64,000 bases of DNA, from assembly GCF_009914755.1 (NCBI RefSeq), contig NC_060926.1. One strand, given 5' to 3'. This DNA is from the human T2T-CHM13v2.0 reference genome, Homo sapiens. The first letter of the stretch is position 1; the number at the start of each line of letters is the position of its first letter. Of this stretch, positions 1-15,374 are shown one piece after another. The position numbers and the translations under genes were made by a program. Below the pieces are notes generated by a model. The model searched no databases. It had not been told where the DNA came from and was given only the letters and a program-made list of their open reading frames with translations.

Positions 1-2544
1 TAGTGACTCAAATCACACTGATCTTTTGCCACTACCTTTTCATACAAGGCCCCAGGCCCTTGTAAAAGTGTTCCTGAATGCTTCTGGAAGTACCCAGAGG
101 GTGTCTGCTGGGACAGCTGGTGCACTTCTGTTTCCAGGTGCCTTGTCCTTCATCCATACCCTGTATCCCAGGAGTTGTGGGGGGCCTGGTGCTGCGTTTT
201 GTCATTCCCTGGAGGAGAGCTGTCAGCAGTTTAGTTACTTAATCCCCTTCTGCCTCTCATGGGAGATATCCAAGGGATGGATGCCAGGCTGTGTTTGAAA
301 TTGCCCTCCTCTTTGGCCAAGGTTTTCCAGCTTGGTCAGTTCATTTTCTGTCTCCTTCCCCCAAGGTGAATCTTCCCAAGAGGCTCTTACCCTGTAAGAT
401 GGTGTCTTTGGGCGGTGCCTTCTGTCCCCCCAGCCGTGCCTCAACTCAGGCAAGAGACAAAAGCACAGGGAGCCAGCCCATGTTCCTGTTATAAAGACTC
501 CCTTTATCCCACAGGCTTGGGTAGGCCAAGTCATCATCTTTTTTCAGTCCCTAATTGCATGTCACCTCATTCTCCTCCCTGACCAAGCACTCTTTTGTTG
601 GGGGGGCAGGGGAAGAGGGGTCAAACTTTAGAAGCTCTGTCTGGATGTCTTGCTCCTTAAAATCCAAGACTTATCTGGTAGTTTACCACGGTTTGCCATT
701 AGGAATTGGCTATTTAATGCAATTTGCCTTAGTGATAAAGGTTCCCCCTGCCCCCAAAATATTATCTTACTCATCTCTTTATTTTCCTCGTCTTGTGAAA
801 TTTCCCACTGTGGAATGAAAACCTAGATCAGATAAAATTGGCAGGAACCTTTACTGTGAAAGTTCAGGATGCAAAAAAATCCCTAAAATGATTGATAACA
901 TACAGTGTCACTTTTCACAGCCTCCAGATATCATGAAAAATGTAAGATCCACTTTAAATGCAATAAGTAGCCTCAGGTGTTCTGTGTCCCAAATATTGCT
1001 TTCATATAAATATATAATTATCTTTAACCGAAACACTCAGAAATGAAAGGTAATCCCTGCCCTTCTCCCTTTCACTGCCTCGAGATAAAGCTGGGTTTGG
1101 TTTATTTCTACCATCTCTTTTAAAAAATACTCCTTATGTGGCAGTTTCTAAGCAGCAAAATAGTCAGCTGTGTGATTAAAATGTCAAAAAGCAGGAAAAC
1201 TGGCCGCTGGGAAAGTCTATTTGGAGATTTATGTAAAGGCAGAATTCTGAATGGGGAGAGTGCTGTACCTTCTGGGCTGCAGAGTGGAGTAATTAAGGGA
1301 GGGTTCTGGCCACATCCTTCCAGACTGACACAGGCCCTGCTACACAGTTAAAGAAGCTGACAGGTGCTTGGGTTTTGTTTTGTTGTTTTTTTTTTCTTTT
1401 GCAAGCTGCATACTTGATATCTTTGGGTTTATGGCTGTGTAACTTACTTTTGGCACTTTGTTGTTTTTAATTTTAAGGGTCCTTTATAACTTTGAGATCC
1501 ACCTTCTCCTTTTTCACATAGTGGAGATTGTGAGGGGAGGGGCAGTGGCCTGGGGAAATTGGAATGAGGAGAAGGATCTAGAGTTCAGATGAAGTAGCTT
1601 TAATTTATGATGGAGGGTAATGCCCATTTATCTTAAATCTTGTAAACTGAACACGTTGGTGCTCCACTCACAGCCACTGCACTTCACTTGAACCTGACTG
1701 GAGTGGGTGGTAAACAGCGGTCTTCCCTAGAGACCCCGTTCGTGCTACCAAAGTGTCATCTGTGGTCCCAGCCCACACCTTGAACATCAGAATCTACATT
1801 TGAAGCCTGTGCACGTTACAGCTGGAAAAGCGGCGGCAGCAGGATACCAGTACCGGGGGCGGCGGGGGACTGGGAGCCCAGCCCTGGAGACATGCCAGCT
1901 CCTAGAGGAGCTGGTTGTCAGCTAATACCAGACGGTCTTTCCTTGTTCTCGTTGTTGTTGTTGTTGTTTATTTCATGTTTTTATCCACAGACAAGTCTTG
2001 TTTTGTTTTTAAGAGCCTCCTGCGTTAAAACATACCCAGTAGCTGGAATATCATGCTTTCTGGGTAATTATTATGTAGTATTACATTCTGGTTAATTTGG
2101 GGGGATTAATCTCATAACACTTGGTTTAAGTAAAAGGGGGAAGTTAAAAGTAGCTTATGCTTGAATATTTCATTTTAAACAAAAAGTTGTGAGGGGAAGG
2201 TGCTGGGCAGTAGTTTTCCCTGAGTGAGGGCTTGGGGAGATGGATTTTTCAGTCTGGATCTCTGTTGATAAGGACTGTGGCTGCTTTATGTGGGGGAGTG
2301 TTCCGTATAGATGGCACAGCGATTAGTGTCATTGTGGTTTAATAGGTGGTCATGTGTGATTGGCGCTTGGTGACTGTGATGGCTCCTGACTGTGTGGCCT
2401 GCAGTTGTTCTGTAGCCGCAGCCTGCTTAGCTGCCCACATCATGGGCTCCAGATGTCCCTTGTCCCAGTATCCTTTTGTGTAATAGAAACAGTATTGCTT
2501 TTCTTTCTATAGGGCGTTTCTTCTTTTCTCTCATTCCTTAGTTT

Positions 2545-2659
2545 ATTTTTTTAAAGAGACAGGGTTGGCACAATCATAGCTCATTGCAGCCTCGAACTCC
2601 TGGGCTTAGGCAGTCCTCCCAAGTAGCTGGGACTACAGGCGTGCACCACCGTGCCCAAC
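2545..2659 (-). mobile_element. Old Alu monomer fragment (FRAM/AluJ-like)
   Basis: gagacaggg...gcagcctcgaactcctgggct...gtagctgggactacaggcgtgcaccacc with internal deletions. Confidence 0.75.
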
Positions 2660-3879
2660 TCAGAGTTCCTTTCTTAATCTGTGTCAGTTGCTGTCTTTCA
2701 GGGTAGGTCTTTCCTCACCTGCCTGGTGGTCCTTGGCTCCTTATTTGTATATAAGGTGCTAAAAGCTGATTGAAAGGGGTACGTTGAGGGCAAGCTGTGC
2801 TGCAGCATGATGGTCAGGGATCTACCTTTCTTGGGGTAGGGGGGTCCCCAACTATGATTATCTTTAGGCCTTCTTCTCTTGATGAGCTTCCCCAGAGAGG
2901 AATCCTCCCATCTCTTCCTGCCGTGGCCTATAAGCTTGGCTGTCAGATCTCATAGCTGGGGGCTGGGGGTGGGAGATACGTCTCTGGCCCATCAGTCTGC
3001 ATGTAGAATATTTCTTAATCTACTTTTTCCTTAGCAGTTACAAGTTTAAAAAAAACATGAAAAGAAAACGGCACTCATGAGTTTAGCTCTTGAATCTCTC
3101 TCCATGGTCTTAGAATTGAGCCTTTCCAGAGAATAAACTTGGCCTCCAGGATGAGGGAGGGGAAGGGATGTTCCAGGCTTAAGAAATTTCTGGGATTGGG
3201 GGGTCTCACTTTTCCTTCAGTAGTTTTCAACCAGCCACACTACTGGATGTCACCCGCGCCCCTGCCTTCCGATGGGCCTGCTGTCACCGAGGCTCTGGCC
3301 CGGGCTGAGCCCTCATCACTCCCCCTCCCCCCGCCCCTTCCCCTGCCCCCACCCAACACTAACCTTTCTGCTCCACCTGCTCCACTGCTCCTTGGCAATC
3401 TGTTTCCTACCTTCAGAGGCTTGGTTTCTGGCCAGTGGCTCTTTCTCCTTTCCCCACTGGTCTTTCTTTAATCTTTTTGCTACAACTTTAATGGTGTTTT
3501 GAGAGGGAGTGGAGGCAAACACGTATCATCTGCTCTGCTTAATGCAAAGTATGCACAAATTCTCTAATGAGTGATTGTGGGGGACAATAAAACCTATGGC
3601 TATAAATTTATCTTGTTTTACAGCACTTTATGTTCAGCTGTTTGTGAAAAGCAATTTAAATACAAGGATCATGCAGGAGAACAGTTGTTTATATTCACTT
3701 AATATTTCCTCTAGTAAAAGGGAAGATCAGAGACAAGTAGGATGCATAAACGATTTGCTGCCTCTGCAGCCAGCGTCCATGGATGTTGATGACTGGGTGG
3801 TGGAAGTTCCCAGTGCCTGGGCTTTTTCTAGAATTGCATATTTAATCCAGATTTGATAGTTGTATAAGTGCTCAATGGT

Positions 3880-4090
3880 GATTCAGTGCCTGGGCTTCAA
3901 AACTGCATAGACCAGGGTGTGAATTCCTTCCTGCTTTGTCATGTGTGGGCCGAGTTCAGATAAGAACAACTTATTTGAACCTCAGTTTCCTGACCTAAAA
4001 ATGAGGGAAATTGTACTTTTCTCCCAGAGTTATTAGGAATGAGTGAATTAATGTATGTGCGTGCTTTGCCTTGTGTGACCACTGAATATA
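3880..4090 (+). mobile_element. MIR SINE
   Basis: core-like aacctcagtttcctgacctaaaaatgaggg and 3' tail taatgtatgtgcgtgct. Confidence 0.65.
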
Positions 4091-4284
4091 TATTTTACTT
4101 ACTTTGTTATATTCTAGGTCTCCTTTCGTATGTGACATTACTGTGATTTAGTGTGCCTGGGAACCAGGTGGGCCTGGTCTTTGTGCGTGGATTTTCCCCT
4201 TGTAGCAAGAGGTTCATTTGCTCACCTTTAGGGTCTGGGACATATTAAGGCCCGAGTTAGGGGACATGAGGAGGGAGGGGTACA

Positions 4285-4608
<324 letters not shown>

Positions 4609-5157
4609 TGGGTACAGTATTTGAACCTAGGTCTGCCCAACTCATGAGTCCCTGCGTTGAGTATCCTGGCTCCTCAGGGTTGAGTCTATGAGTTAGGGGT
4701 TGGATCTGAATAGAACCGTTCTAAGACAGTTAAACAGGCAGGCACGTGGATGCTTTCTGAAGGCTCTGGGTGATACTGGGTTCCAGGATCCAGACATTTA
4801 CAATAACCATCATACATTAATGAAATAGCCCACATTTTAAGAAAGTGCTTACTATTAGAGAATAGTTTTGAAGACTCTCTTGGGTAGGTAGATTGGAGCT
4901 TGGAAATAGATCTCTTTAGATTTGCTGTTACTGTACCCTGAAGAGTTAAGGGGAGCAGAAATACAGGCACTTCTTGAGCAGTGGCCATGCCTGCTCATTG
5001 GGCAAATTATCAGGCAATAATAACAAAGAGCTTTACCTCCCCAGGTCCTTCAAATGGATGAGGGCAGATGAAGGGAAAATATGTCAGCAGTTCATTTTAC
5101 CTTAGAGAGTAGGTGGCAAACCAAAAGTGTATATGGGTTCTTGTCTTTGTTCTGGTT

Positions 5158-5336
5158 CCTTTTTTTTTTTTTTCTCTTTTTTGTCTGAGACAGGGTCTTG
5201 CTCTGTCACCTTGGCTGGAGCACAGTGGTGCAATCACGGCTTACTGTAGCCTCCAACTCCTGGGCTTACAAGACCCTCCTACCTCAGCCTCCTGAGTAGC
5301 TGGGACTACAGGCAAACGCCACCACACCCAGCTAAT
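5158..5336 (-). mobile_element. AluJ right-arm fragment
   Basis: gagacagggtcttgctctgtcacc...ctcctgggct...gggactacaggc. Confidence 0.85.
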
Positions 5337-6116
5337 TGATTCCATTTGTATCTGTCCTATTCAGGCCCTTCTTTCTAGTTTATGTCTCTTACACAGCAAA
5401 TAGTTTAGCTCCACCCCCAAACCCCCACAAGTCTTTTTCCCTACGCATATTTATGTGTGGATATATATATATGTTGTAGATAAAGTCTGGATACTGTTGA
5501 ATAGCCTACATCCCGCACTTAGATTGCAATTGTGTGTCCCCTGTAACCATTCTATTTTAATCTTTGTAAAAGTTCCCTTTATGACAGGGTTAAATTATGA
5601 AGACCGCCAAGTGATTAAATACTACATGAATCATTTAAAAACGATGGTTCCTGAAGTTTGAAATACCGTCCTTATTTGTAAAGTATTATTAGCTTATTTG
5701 ATAACAGTCTAGTTTAAGATGTAGTACACCCATGTAGCTGGCTAGGAATTGGATTATTTTTATAGTAGTATAAATGCTTTTGTAGTATGCCTTTAGATGG
5801 CAGCATCTCTCGCCATAAACCATCTTTTGAACAGAATTTCTTAGATGCAGAAGACGTTTGAGACAGAAGGATGGTCTATCTGCATCACCCCATCATGACA
5901 CAGTGGTGGAACTGGGCCCCTGGGACTGTCAGGGCTATGGCCCAGGGCTAAGAAGAGGGGATAGTTGTAGATTCCTGCCTGCATGTCTTCTACTACCCCT
6001 TCTCTTACTGATGTAAAATGTTTCCTATCTTTGTGGTCTTGCTAAAAGCCACTTTAAGGCAACCAAGGAACACTAGAATCAAGGAAGTGATTTTGGACCA
6101 AAATGTAACAGAATAG

Positions 6117-6731
<615 letters not shown>

Positions 6732-6744
6732 TTTTAATTTTTTT

Positions 6745-7330
6745 TAAGCAGTTTTGTTTAGGTATAATACACATCCATACAGTTCACCCATTTAAAGCAT
6801 ACAATAGACTAATTTTAAATATATTCATAGAGTTGTACAACCATCCCTACAACCTAATTTTAGAACATTTGGTCACTCTAGAAAGAAGTCACATATCCCT
6901 TACCATTACCCCACAGGCCTGCATAGCCTGCATAACCCCCAGCCCCTGGCAACCATTTATACTTTCTGAAAGATTTGGCTATTCTGGGCATGACATATGA
7001 ATGGAATCATGTAGATCCTTTGTGACTGGCTTCTTTCACTTAGCAGAATGTTTTCAAGCTTCATCCATGTTGTAGCATGAATCGATACTTCATTCCTTTC
7101 TACTGCCCAATAATCCATTGTGTGGGCAAAGAACATTTTGTTGTTGTCATTTGACGTACCTTTAGCTAGTACAAATGGCGTTACTGTGAGCATTCGTGTA
7201 CAAGTTTTTGTGTGAACATACATTCCCATAGGAGTAGAACTGCAGGGCCATGTAGTAACTCTGCACTTAACCTTTTGAACGACTGCCAAACTGTTTTCCA
7301 AAACGGCTGCATCATTGTATGTGAGGGTTC
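6745..7330 (-). mobile_element. L1M (L1MB-like) 3' end
   Basis: ttcacccatttaaag...tgtgactggcttctttcacttagcagaatgttttcaag...ctgccaaactgttttccaaa typical of old L1 3' ends. Confidence 0.85.
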
Positions 7331-7812
7331 CATCCAGTCTTACGAAGAATTCCGGATTTTCTGATAATAAGCAGGGGCTGTGGGAACAGGAGGTAGGAGA
7401 TAAGCCTGTTGGTCTCTCCTATGTCTGACCCGCTTGCTGGCTGCTGTGCCCCGCACAGTTACTGTGCGTCACCAGCCAGATAAGATGCCTGTGTTCTTGT
7501 GGCTGGTGCGCAGACTGTGTTGCTGTTACAGGCCGGCTGTTTGTAATCCTTGCCTCCTGACTTTAGAGATACCAAGCTACCAAATTGTCTTTGTCCCATC
7601 CTTGTCCTAGTTAGAGGAAAATCAAACCCTTCATCACAAAGCAGTCCAGGTTTGAACATGTCAAAATCACCCACTTGACCAGTGAAGACAGCTGTAGCGA
7701 CTTCACAGCAAGAGAGCAGCTTTTGTTTTTGTTAGGGTTTACATTCTCAAATCTGAGCTTACTCTTTTCTTCTTTGGCAGGCCAGACTGGACGTTCCCTC
7801 GTCTGTACTGAA

Positions 7813-7816
<4 letters not shown>

Positions 7817-7855
<39 letters not shown>
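7817..7855. repeat. (TG)14(CG)4 microsatellite
   Basis: direct reading; alternating purine-pyrimidine. Confidence 0.95.
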
Positions 7856-7909
7856 TTAAGGGAGGGGAAGGCACTGGCTCTTCCTCTAGGCATATTTGGG
7901 TCCTGGTAA

Positions 7910-8164
<255 letters not shown>

Positions 8165-10877
8165 TGAGTGTCCTTGCAGTACTGCTTTGCTGAGAATGTA
8201 TTTGGGAGGTATTTTCCCCTCCAGCAGTTACAGAGATCTGTTTGGCTAACGCAAATTCTTGGAAATTGTATACCTGGCGTATAAATAGTTAAGTGGGTAC
8301 ATATGCATTATTTAAGGATTGAGTCCTATTTCCTCTGAATTTTGACCTACCAGGTCTTGGAGGATAGGAAGCGTCACCCAGTAGATTGCTTCCAAGATTT
8401 TGTTTTGTTTTTAATATTCTACTGCTTGAGAAAATTCAACAACAGGCTTTGGCTGAAAAGCTGAAACCTTAACTGGACAAAGCATGTAATTGCTAGCTTT
8501 AAAAAAAGCATTTGGTGTCTTTTGAAGGCTGCTTTTTTTAACATCTGAAGTTTTTCTTTAGGGGATGTTGAAGTAGGAGCAAAAAAAAAAAAAAAAAAAA
8601 ACCAAATTGATGGAAATATTTTTAAAGACATTTTATATGTATATGTATTTTATACCTGGAAATATGTGTGACATTACAAATTTGCAGCGTTTAACAGATA
8701 TATTCATAGTTGTTTATTTTAAAAAATCAATTCAAGAATTTTCCTGTTTGTTCCTTTCTGGGGAGTCCCCAACTCACATCTCTCTTGCCTTTAATTTGGG
8801 TGTTTTGAATTTCCACCCTGTTTTTCTGCAGAAACATGGGACTAGGAATCTTGCTGTATGTAAAGGGGCTTGCTTTATCCTCAGTGTGGACAAAAGTTTA
8901 TGTAGCAATGCTGAAAGAGAACTCAACCATATTTTTACTTTGGCATATCTGGCACCTTCCTCTGCCTAATTGTGGGTGGTGGGAGATACAGACCCTTTAT
9001 GTCCTAACCTGTGTGTGCCTTTTGTGTTGCTGGTGCTGTATGGCAGGGAGTGGGTAATAAGTAGGACATGGGAAGACAATATACTGGAGTGGTGGTAAAA
9101 ATATAGCTAAAAATGAGCTGTGAGGAAGGATCAGCAAAAGCTGAAAACTGGGAAGGGAAGGGGAGTTTGGGACATGGGGAAAAGATGGGACCAGGCACTG
9201 GGCACTCTGGGCAGGCAAGAGGTGCTATTGCAGGTGTCTTGGCATGAGAAATGCCACCCTTTTCCTTTCTGTCCAGGCACTCATTGTGTGGTTGAGGGAA
9301 GAGGATTTGAGCTGAGGATTTGTGCACACCAAATGTTGCTGGTGAAGGTGGAGATTCCACTGTGGTGTCTGGTTAGGATAGCCAACTGCTGGTACATGAG
9401 GCCTCTCTTGATTGTGCGTTCACGTGGGCAGGCAGTCTGTTCTCTCTCTCCTCGGTGTCCTGAAAGGAAAGTAAAATCTCTCTCTCTGTAGTGAATATCA
9501 GTCATCAAATGTCTAAGCTGTCTGCCTGGCTCAGATTAAGCCTGCTACCTACCTCTTCCCTTCTTCCCCACCCACCAAAGCCTTTGTAGCCCTGGTCAAT
9601 TATGCCCCTGGCATTTTGGCTGGCCTAGGCTCCATTATGTAACCTCTTCCTCCCTGGCTGGGAGTATCGTTAAGGTTCTGTACAGGGATTGGGACCTCCT
9701 CCTCCTGGTGTGGGAGTGGGGGTAGAAAATTTGGATTTTTATTAGGCAATAAAAGGTTATAAATAGTTCCTATTGTTAACTTTTCTCCCTTGCTCAAAGC
9801 AGAATTGGCCACCTTTCTTGACGAATGGAAGTGTTCTTATGCTTGGCTGTGGGCTGAGCTAAATTTCAAATGCAGCAATTGGTCTTGCTGGAGTGGCCTG
9901 AAGTTTGCATGTGTGCTCACTCCTGAGACCTGAGCTTTCTGATTCGGCATCTTTAGTCTTCATGGGGACCAAAGTTATGAGATCTATGGGCTACAAATAC
10001 AGGACCAGACATTTCGGTTTCGCCTGAAATTAAGAAGCAGGGTATGTTTTCATTTTTGTTAAGTGTCTCGGGAGCAGGTGTAGTTCACGTCTGTGGGTGC
10101 ATGGTCTTGCCTGAAGATAGCCATGATGTTGGTGGATGCCGCAGCAGGGTGAGCTTTCTCTTGGTTGATGAGGAGAGGTGGCTGCCTAACAAAGTCGAAC
10201 AGGACAATTAGTATAGAATGGTATGTTTTGTAATCCCCATGGAGTCCCTTAAATTTCAATGGGGTTAAGTCTGCCATGTCAAAGTGTAAATTTTATCCAG
10301 ATCACTGAACCCAAAGGAAATGATAGAGCCGACTAAAACTAATTGAGTTTGAGTGTTAACCCAGGTGTGTACAGATACATGATGGGCAAACCCTCATTTT
10401 TAGGGTTTAATATCAGCATCATCACTTAAGTTTTACTTTAAAATGTGGTCTTCTGTTATCTATATTTCCCTTGGACATTCTTGTTTAAGTTTCTAAGACG
10501 CTTTTCTGGGTGCTGTCAATAATAGCATGCCAGTATTCACCAGACTAACAGACTCCACTGAAAACAGCTCTTTGTGAAGTGCTTTTGAAATTTCCCATGG
10601 ACTCGTGAAATAGCAGGTTATTCCTAAATGCTTGAAATACTTTCCTGCCTCACTTTTGCTTTGGTCATGTAGCTCCATCAACTCTTGATTCTTAGCTCTC
10701 TGTTTGGATTTTAAATCAAAGGAAAACAAACCAAAGAACATTTTGAATTTGCTTATTTATAAGTAATTGCATTTATGTGTGATGCACGTTTTAGCCTTCT
10801 GGGAAGTGTGGGTTCGATGATGTAAGAAGATGAATTTTTTTTTGTAAGCAAATAACTTGTTTCTTAAAGCTTGCAAG

Positions 10878-11000
10878 CTGGGGACTGTAGCTCACACCTG
10901 TAATTCCAGTGATTCAGGGGGCCGAGGTGGGAGGATTGCTTGAGACTGGGAGTTTGAGAACAGCCTGAGCAGCATAGTGAGACCTTGTCTCTTTAAAAAA
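10878..11000 (+). mobile_element. FLAM/AluJ left monomer
   Basis: gctcacacctgtaattccag...ggaggattgcttgag...gagaccttgtctct + A tail. Confidence 0.85.
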
Positions 11001-11727
11001 GAAAGGAAGGAAAGGAAGGAGTTTGCACTCACCTGGAAACATCTTTAGGAAAAAACATTCTATCTTAGTATGTTTAAATATATTTGAAACACAGCATTTT
11101 CTACTCTAGGAAAAACGGATGACTTAATAAAATCATCAAACAAAATACAAAGCCCATTTTCATGTCAAATGGTCCTAATAAGCTGTGTGTCAGGTAGAAT
11201 AAGTTCTTAATGAGTAAGCTTCCTATTGCTAAATCAACATATCGTTTAGGGGAAAGCTCATTTACCCACAAACAATATCTGCGTTAAGGGAAAAAAAACC
11301 TTCAGATAAATTAGAGATGATTATTATAACAGGATCCACGCTTTATTTCTTTGATTTAGGGGTAACCATAATTTATTTAGGTTTGCATTAATATATTTCT
11401 AGCTACTAGGGCAAGTTTTGAGGAGGGGCTAGAAAGTTTTTAGTCTCATAAGTCATTGCTCTGTGAAGATCAATCTCAAAATATGATGAAACTTTTTTTA
11501 AATGATATCTTCATGTCAGTCAGTGACGAAACTTTTCCTGGCAGTCTGACTAAGCAAATAAAGCTAACACATATGAAGGAGCAGAATAATTCAATGTGAA
11601 ACTATCTTCTGGGAGGAGAGGGTCTTTAGTTATATGCTTAAGTAAATATTTTGATACCTTATGTTTTTTATTACCATTTTAGATGGTCAGACAGGTATAG
11701 AGGATTAAAGAGGTATAAAGCATAAAG

Positions 11728-12030
11728 GGGCTGGGTGTGGTGGCTCGCCCTTATAATCCCAGCACTTTGGGAGGCCAAGGCAGGAGAATTGCTTGAGCCT
11801 AGGAGTTTGATACCAGCCTGGACAATGTAGCAAGGCCTCATATCAACAAAAAGTCAAAAAATTAGCCAGATACAGCAGTGCACCTCTCTGGTCCCAGCTA
11901 CTCAGGATGCTGAGGTGGGAGGATTCTTTAGCCAGGGAGGTGGAAGCTGCAGTGAGCCATGATCACACCATTACACTGCAGCCTGGGAGACAGAGTGAGA
12001 CCCTGTCTCAAAAAAAAAAAAGTGAAAAAA
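11728..12030 (+). mobile_element. AluJ, full length
   Basis: dimer with AluJ diagnostics (gagcctaggagtttga, gctgcagtgagccatgatc) and A tail. Confidence 0.9.
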
Positions 12031-12449
12031 AGAATATGATTGAAAAAAATGCATAGTCATGTTTTATTTCTTAAAACCCTTTCTTTCCCAAGAGGTAACC
12101 TTGATCCTGCTTTAATTTTCAGCTTCTTAGAATGGCAGTGCAACATTCAACCAATGGTTGAATGAGGTTTTATTTGATGGAAGTATAGAAAAGGGGCATA
12201 CCTGGTATGTGTGCACAGAAGAGAGACTCTTGGAAGTAGAGTATCCATTCATTCTGCATTTCCTTGAATAAGTATTCAGTTTCTATGCTGTGAAAAAACA
12301 CTATGCTAAATGCTATTTGAGATGGGTTATCAAGCATGGGTCCTGTCTTTATGGAGCCTTAGAGTCTGGCAGGGGATTAGAGACCTGTATATGGCGTGAC
12401 TGTAATAAAGGAGGAAGTAATGACTAATCCAAGCTGTGTGATGAACTAG

Positions 12450-12810
<361 letters not shown>

Positions 12811-12841
12811 TAATTGTAGCTATGCCTTAAGATTTACCTGT

Positions 12842-13103
12842 TGTCTTAGTTCAGGCTGCTATAACAAAAATACCATAAACTGAGTGGTTGATAAACAACA
12901 GTAATTTATTTCTTAGATTTGTGCAGGATGGAAAGTCCAAGATCAAGGTAGTCTGCAGATTTGGGGTCTGGCAAAGGCCTACTTGCTGGTTCATAGACAG
13001 CCATCTTTTTGCTGTAACCTCATGTAGTGGAAGGGACAAACAAGCTCCCTCATTTATAAGGTCACTAATCCCATTCTGAGACACAGACATTCAGACTATA
13101 GTA
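12842..13103 (-). mobile_element. MaLR solo LTR (MLT1/MST-like)
   Basis: tgtcttagttcaggctgctataacaaaaataccataaactg...aagtccaagatcaaggt...acattcagactatag. Confidence 0.85.
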
Positions 13104-14570
13104 CGTGGCAACAGAGTAGGATGGAGTGGGACTGGAAAGAGACTACGGTTAAGAATGATTAAAAAATTGTTTTAGTAATTAAGTGAAAGGATAAAGTCTC
13201 AAATTAGTTCAGGTTCAGTGAAGAAGAGGTGGTGAATGGAAGATTCTTGAGGAATTGCAAGGACCTGGGAACTGAAAAAGACAGAGACAACAACTTCACG
13301 CCTTTGAGACCACATTAAGGGACACTGGAGGAGCAGGGACTGTGTTTTGGTTTGAGTTCAGTTTCAGGCATGTAGACTTCAAAGTGCTGGTGGAACATCT
13401 TCGCAAGTGTCCAGCCACCAGTTGGAAAATCAAACTGGGTATCAAGAAAGAGCTCAGGATATAAACTGGTCAGCCATTTGCTTGGAAGTAATGCTGTGAG
13501 ACTAGGCAAGTTACAGTAGGGAAACAGGTCGTTGACAAAAGAGGGCTGAGAAACTGGTATTTCATTTATGAGCTGGGACTAAGGTGCAAGGAGCACCAGC
13601 AAGAGGGACAGGAAAAGACCACACAAGACCACAGTATTCTGGTAATCATGGATTTTTCCCTCTGTGTGTCTCTTACAACAATTGCCACTTTATACCTTGC
13701 AGGACAGAGTGCTTGCAAGGCCGTAGATCTACAGGAAAATCAAAAGAGAAGGTGTACTACAAAAAAGGAAAAAGAAAAATTAATGTGCTTAACAGGGCTG
13801 TTTCAGGAGACTTGTGAAGGTCTGTGACTTGAAGTTATAGGTATGTGATAAGGAAATGGAATTGGTGAGAATAGAGAGCCCTCTTTTACCCCCAAATTAA
13901 ACAGATAAAGATGGGAGATCAGTTACTAGGATGAGAGATGTGTGCAGCTGTGGTTTTTATTTAACACAGTTGTAGACTTAATTCAGAGGTTCTGACAGTG
14001 TAGGCTGTGGACTTCTAGTCCCCAAGACACTTTCAGGGGTTTGTGATGTCAAAACTCTTTATAATAGTACAAAACCCTTTTGTAATAATACGGAGAAGGT
14101 ATTTACATTTCCCTTTGTTGACATTTGCACTGATGCTGCAAAAGCAATTGTTGGTAAAACTTCTGATACCTTAGTATATGTCAAGGCACTGGCTACACTG
14201 GTAGTCCTGGTGTTCTTCACTGCCAAGTGCTGGCTTCACAAATAATTCACTGAAGAATGTCCTTGATGAAGCACTAAAAGTAATATTATTAAATCTTGAC
14301 CCTTGGAGACCCATCTTTTTAATATTCTGTGTGATGAAGTGGGATGTCTGAGTAAAGCCCTTCTGCATGCTCGGAAGTCTGATGGTTTTCTTGAGGCAGA
14401 GCACTTGTATGATTGAATTGCAAGCTGAACTCGCTACTTTTAAAATGGAATATTGTTTTTATTTGAAAGAATGACTGACAACCCATGGTTATTCTGAAGT
14501 AGGTATTTGGCACATTTTTTCTTCAACAGGAATGAAATTAGCCTGGCACTTCAATAGAAAAAAAAAAAAA

Positions 14571-14906
14571 GGCCAGGCACGGTGGCTGACACCTGTAATC
14601 CTAGCAATTTGGGAGGCCAAGGCGGGCGGATTGCCTGAGGTCAGGAGTTTGAGACCAGCCTGGCCAACATGGTGAAACCCTGTCTCTACTAAAAATACAA
14701 AACTAACTGGGCATGGTGGTGGGCACCTGTAATCCCAGCTACTCGGGAGGCTGAGGCAGGAGAATTGCTTGAACCCAGGAGTTGGTGGTTGCTGTGAGCC
14801 AAGATTGCACCACTGCACTCCAGCCTGGGCCACAGAGCGAGACTCTGTCTCAAAAAAAAAAAAAAAAACAAAAAACAAAACAAAACAAAACAAAAAAAAC
14901 AAAAAA
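14571..14906 (+). mobile_element. AluS within the Charlie element
   Basis: full dimer with A/(CAAAA)n tail. Confidence 0.93.
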
Positions 14907-15261
14907 CCAATTCTGACAGGATTAGTTGCCCATAATAAAACTTGACATTTCAAATGAAAATTAGGTTTTTTGGGAAATTTTACACCTGTCACATTGAGCT
15001 TGATGGTTTCCCAAGACTTTTCAATTGAGATCTCTCGTAATGTGATGTTTTGATATTATGTGATAACATTTGTCAACATTTGCAAAATCTGTAAAACCAT
15101 TATTTTCCAAATGACCCAATGCATAATGTTACACAGTCTTGCATGGGTAAAAGATCCATTTACAGTATAAAACAGACCATTGGATCTTACTGTAACAGTA
15201 CAAAAAATTCATCGATGCAGATTGAGTCAACAGTGGAACTTACCTTTAAGAAATTGCTGTT

Positions 15262-15374
15262 TCCAGCACTTGGGGAGGCTGAGGCAGGAGGATTGCTTGA
15301 GCCCCAGGAGTTCATAACCAGCCTGAGTAACATAGCAAGACCCCATCTCAAAAAAAAAAAAAAAAAAAAAAAAA
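15262..15374 (+). mobile_element. 5'-truncated FLAM/AluJ monomer
   Basis: ccagcacttggggaggctgaggcaggaggattgcttgagccc + long A tail. Confidence 0.85.

Noticed and set aside
1825-1880. Short CpG/GC-box-rich patch
   Set aside because: Far too short for a CpG island; no supporting promoter features
3318-3352. C-rich tract with G-quadruplex potential on the - strand
   Set aside because: Common in human introns; nothing links it to function
11483-11549. Box C/D snoRNA-like layout: ATGATGA ... GTGACGA ... CTGA within 67 nt
   Set aside because: No terminal stem, no recognisable rRNA/snRNA antisense element, far from a 3' splice site; better explained by a short tga(t/c)gaaactttt duplication
13690-13830. 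Possible cryptic exon after ccttgcag with Lys-rich open frame
   Set aside because: A-rich low-complexity sequence among repeats; the frame hits a stop and has no TANC-like content
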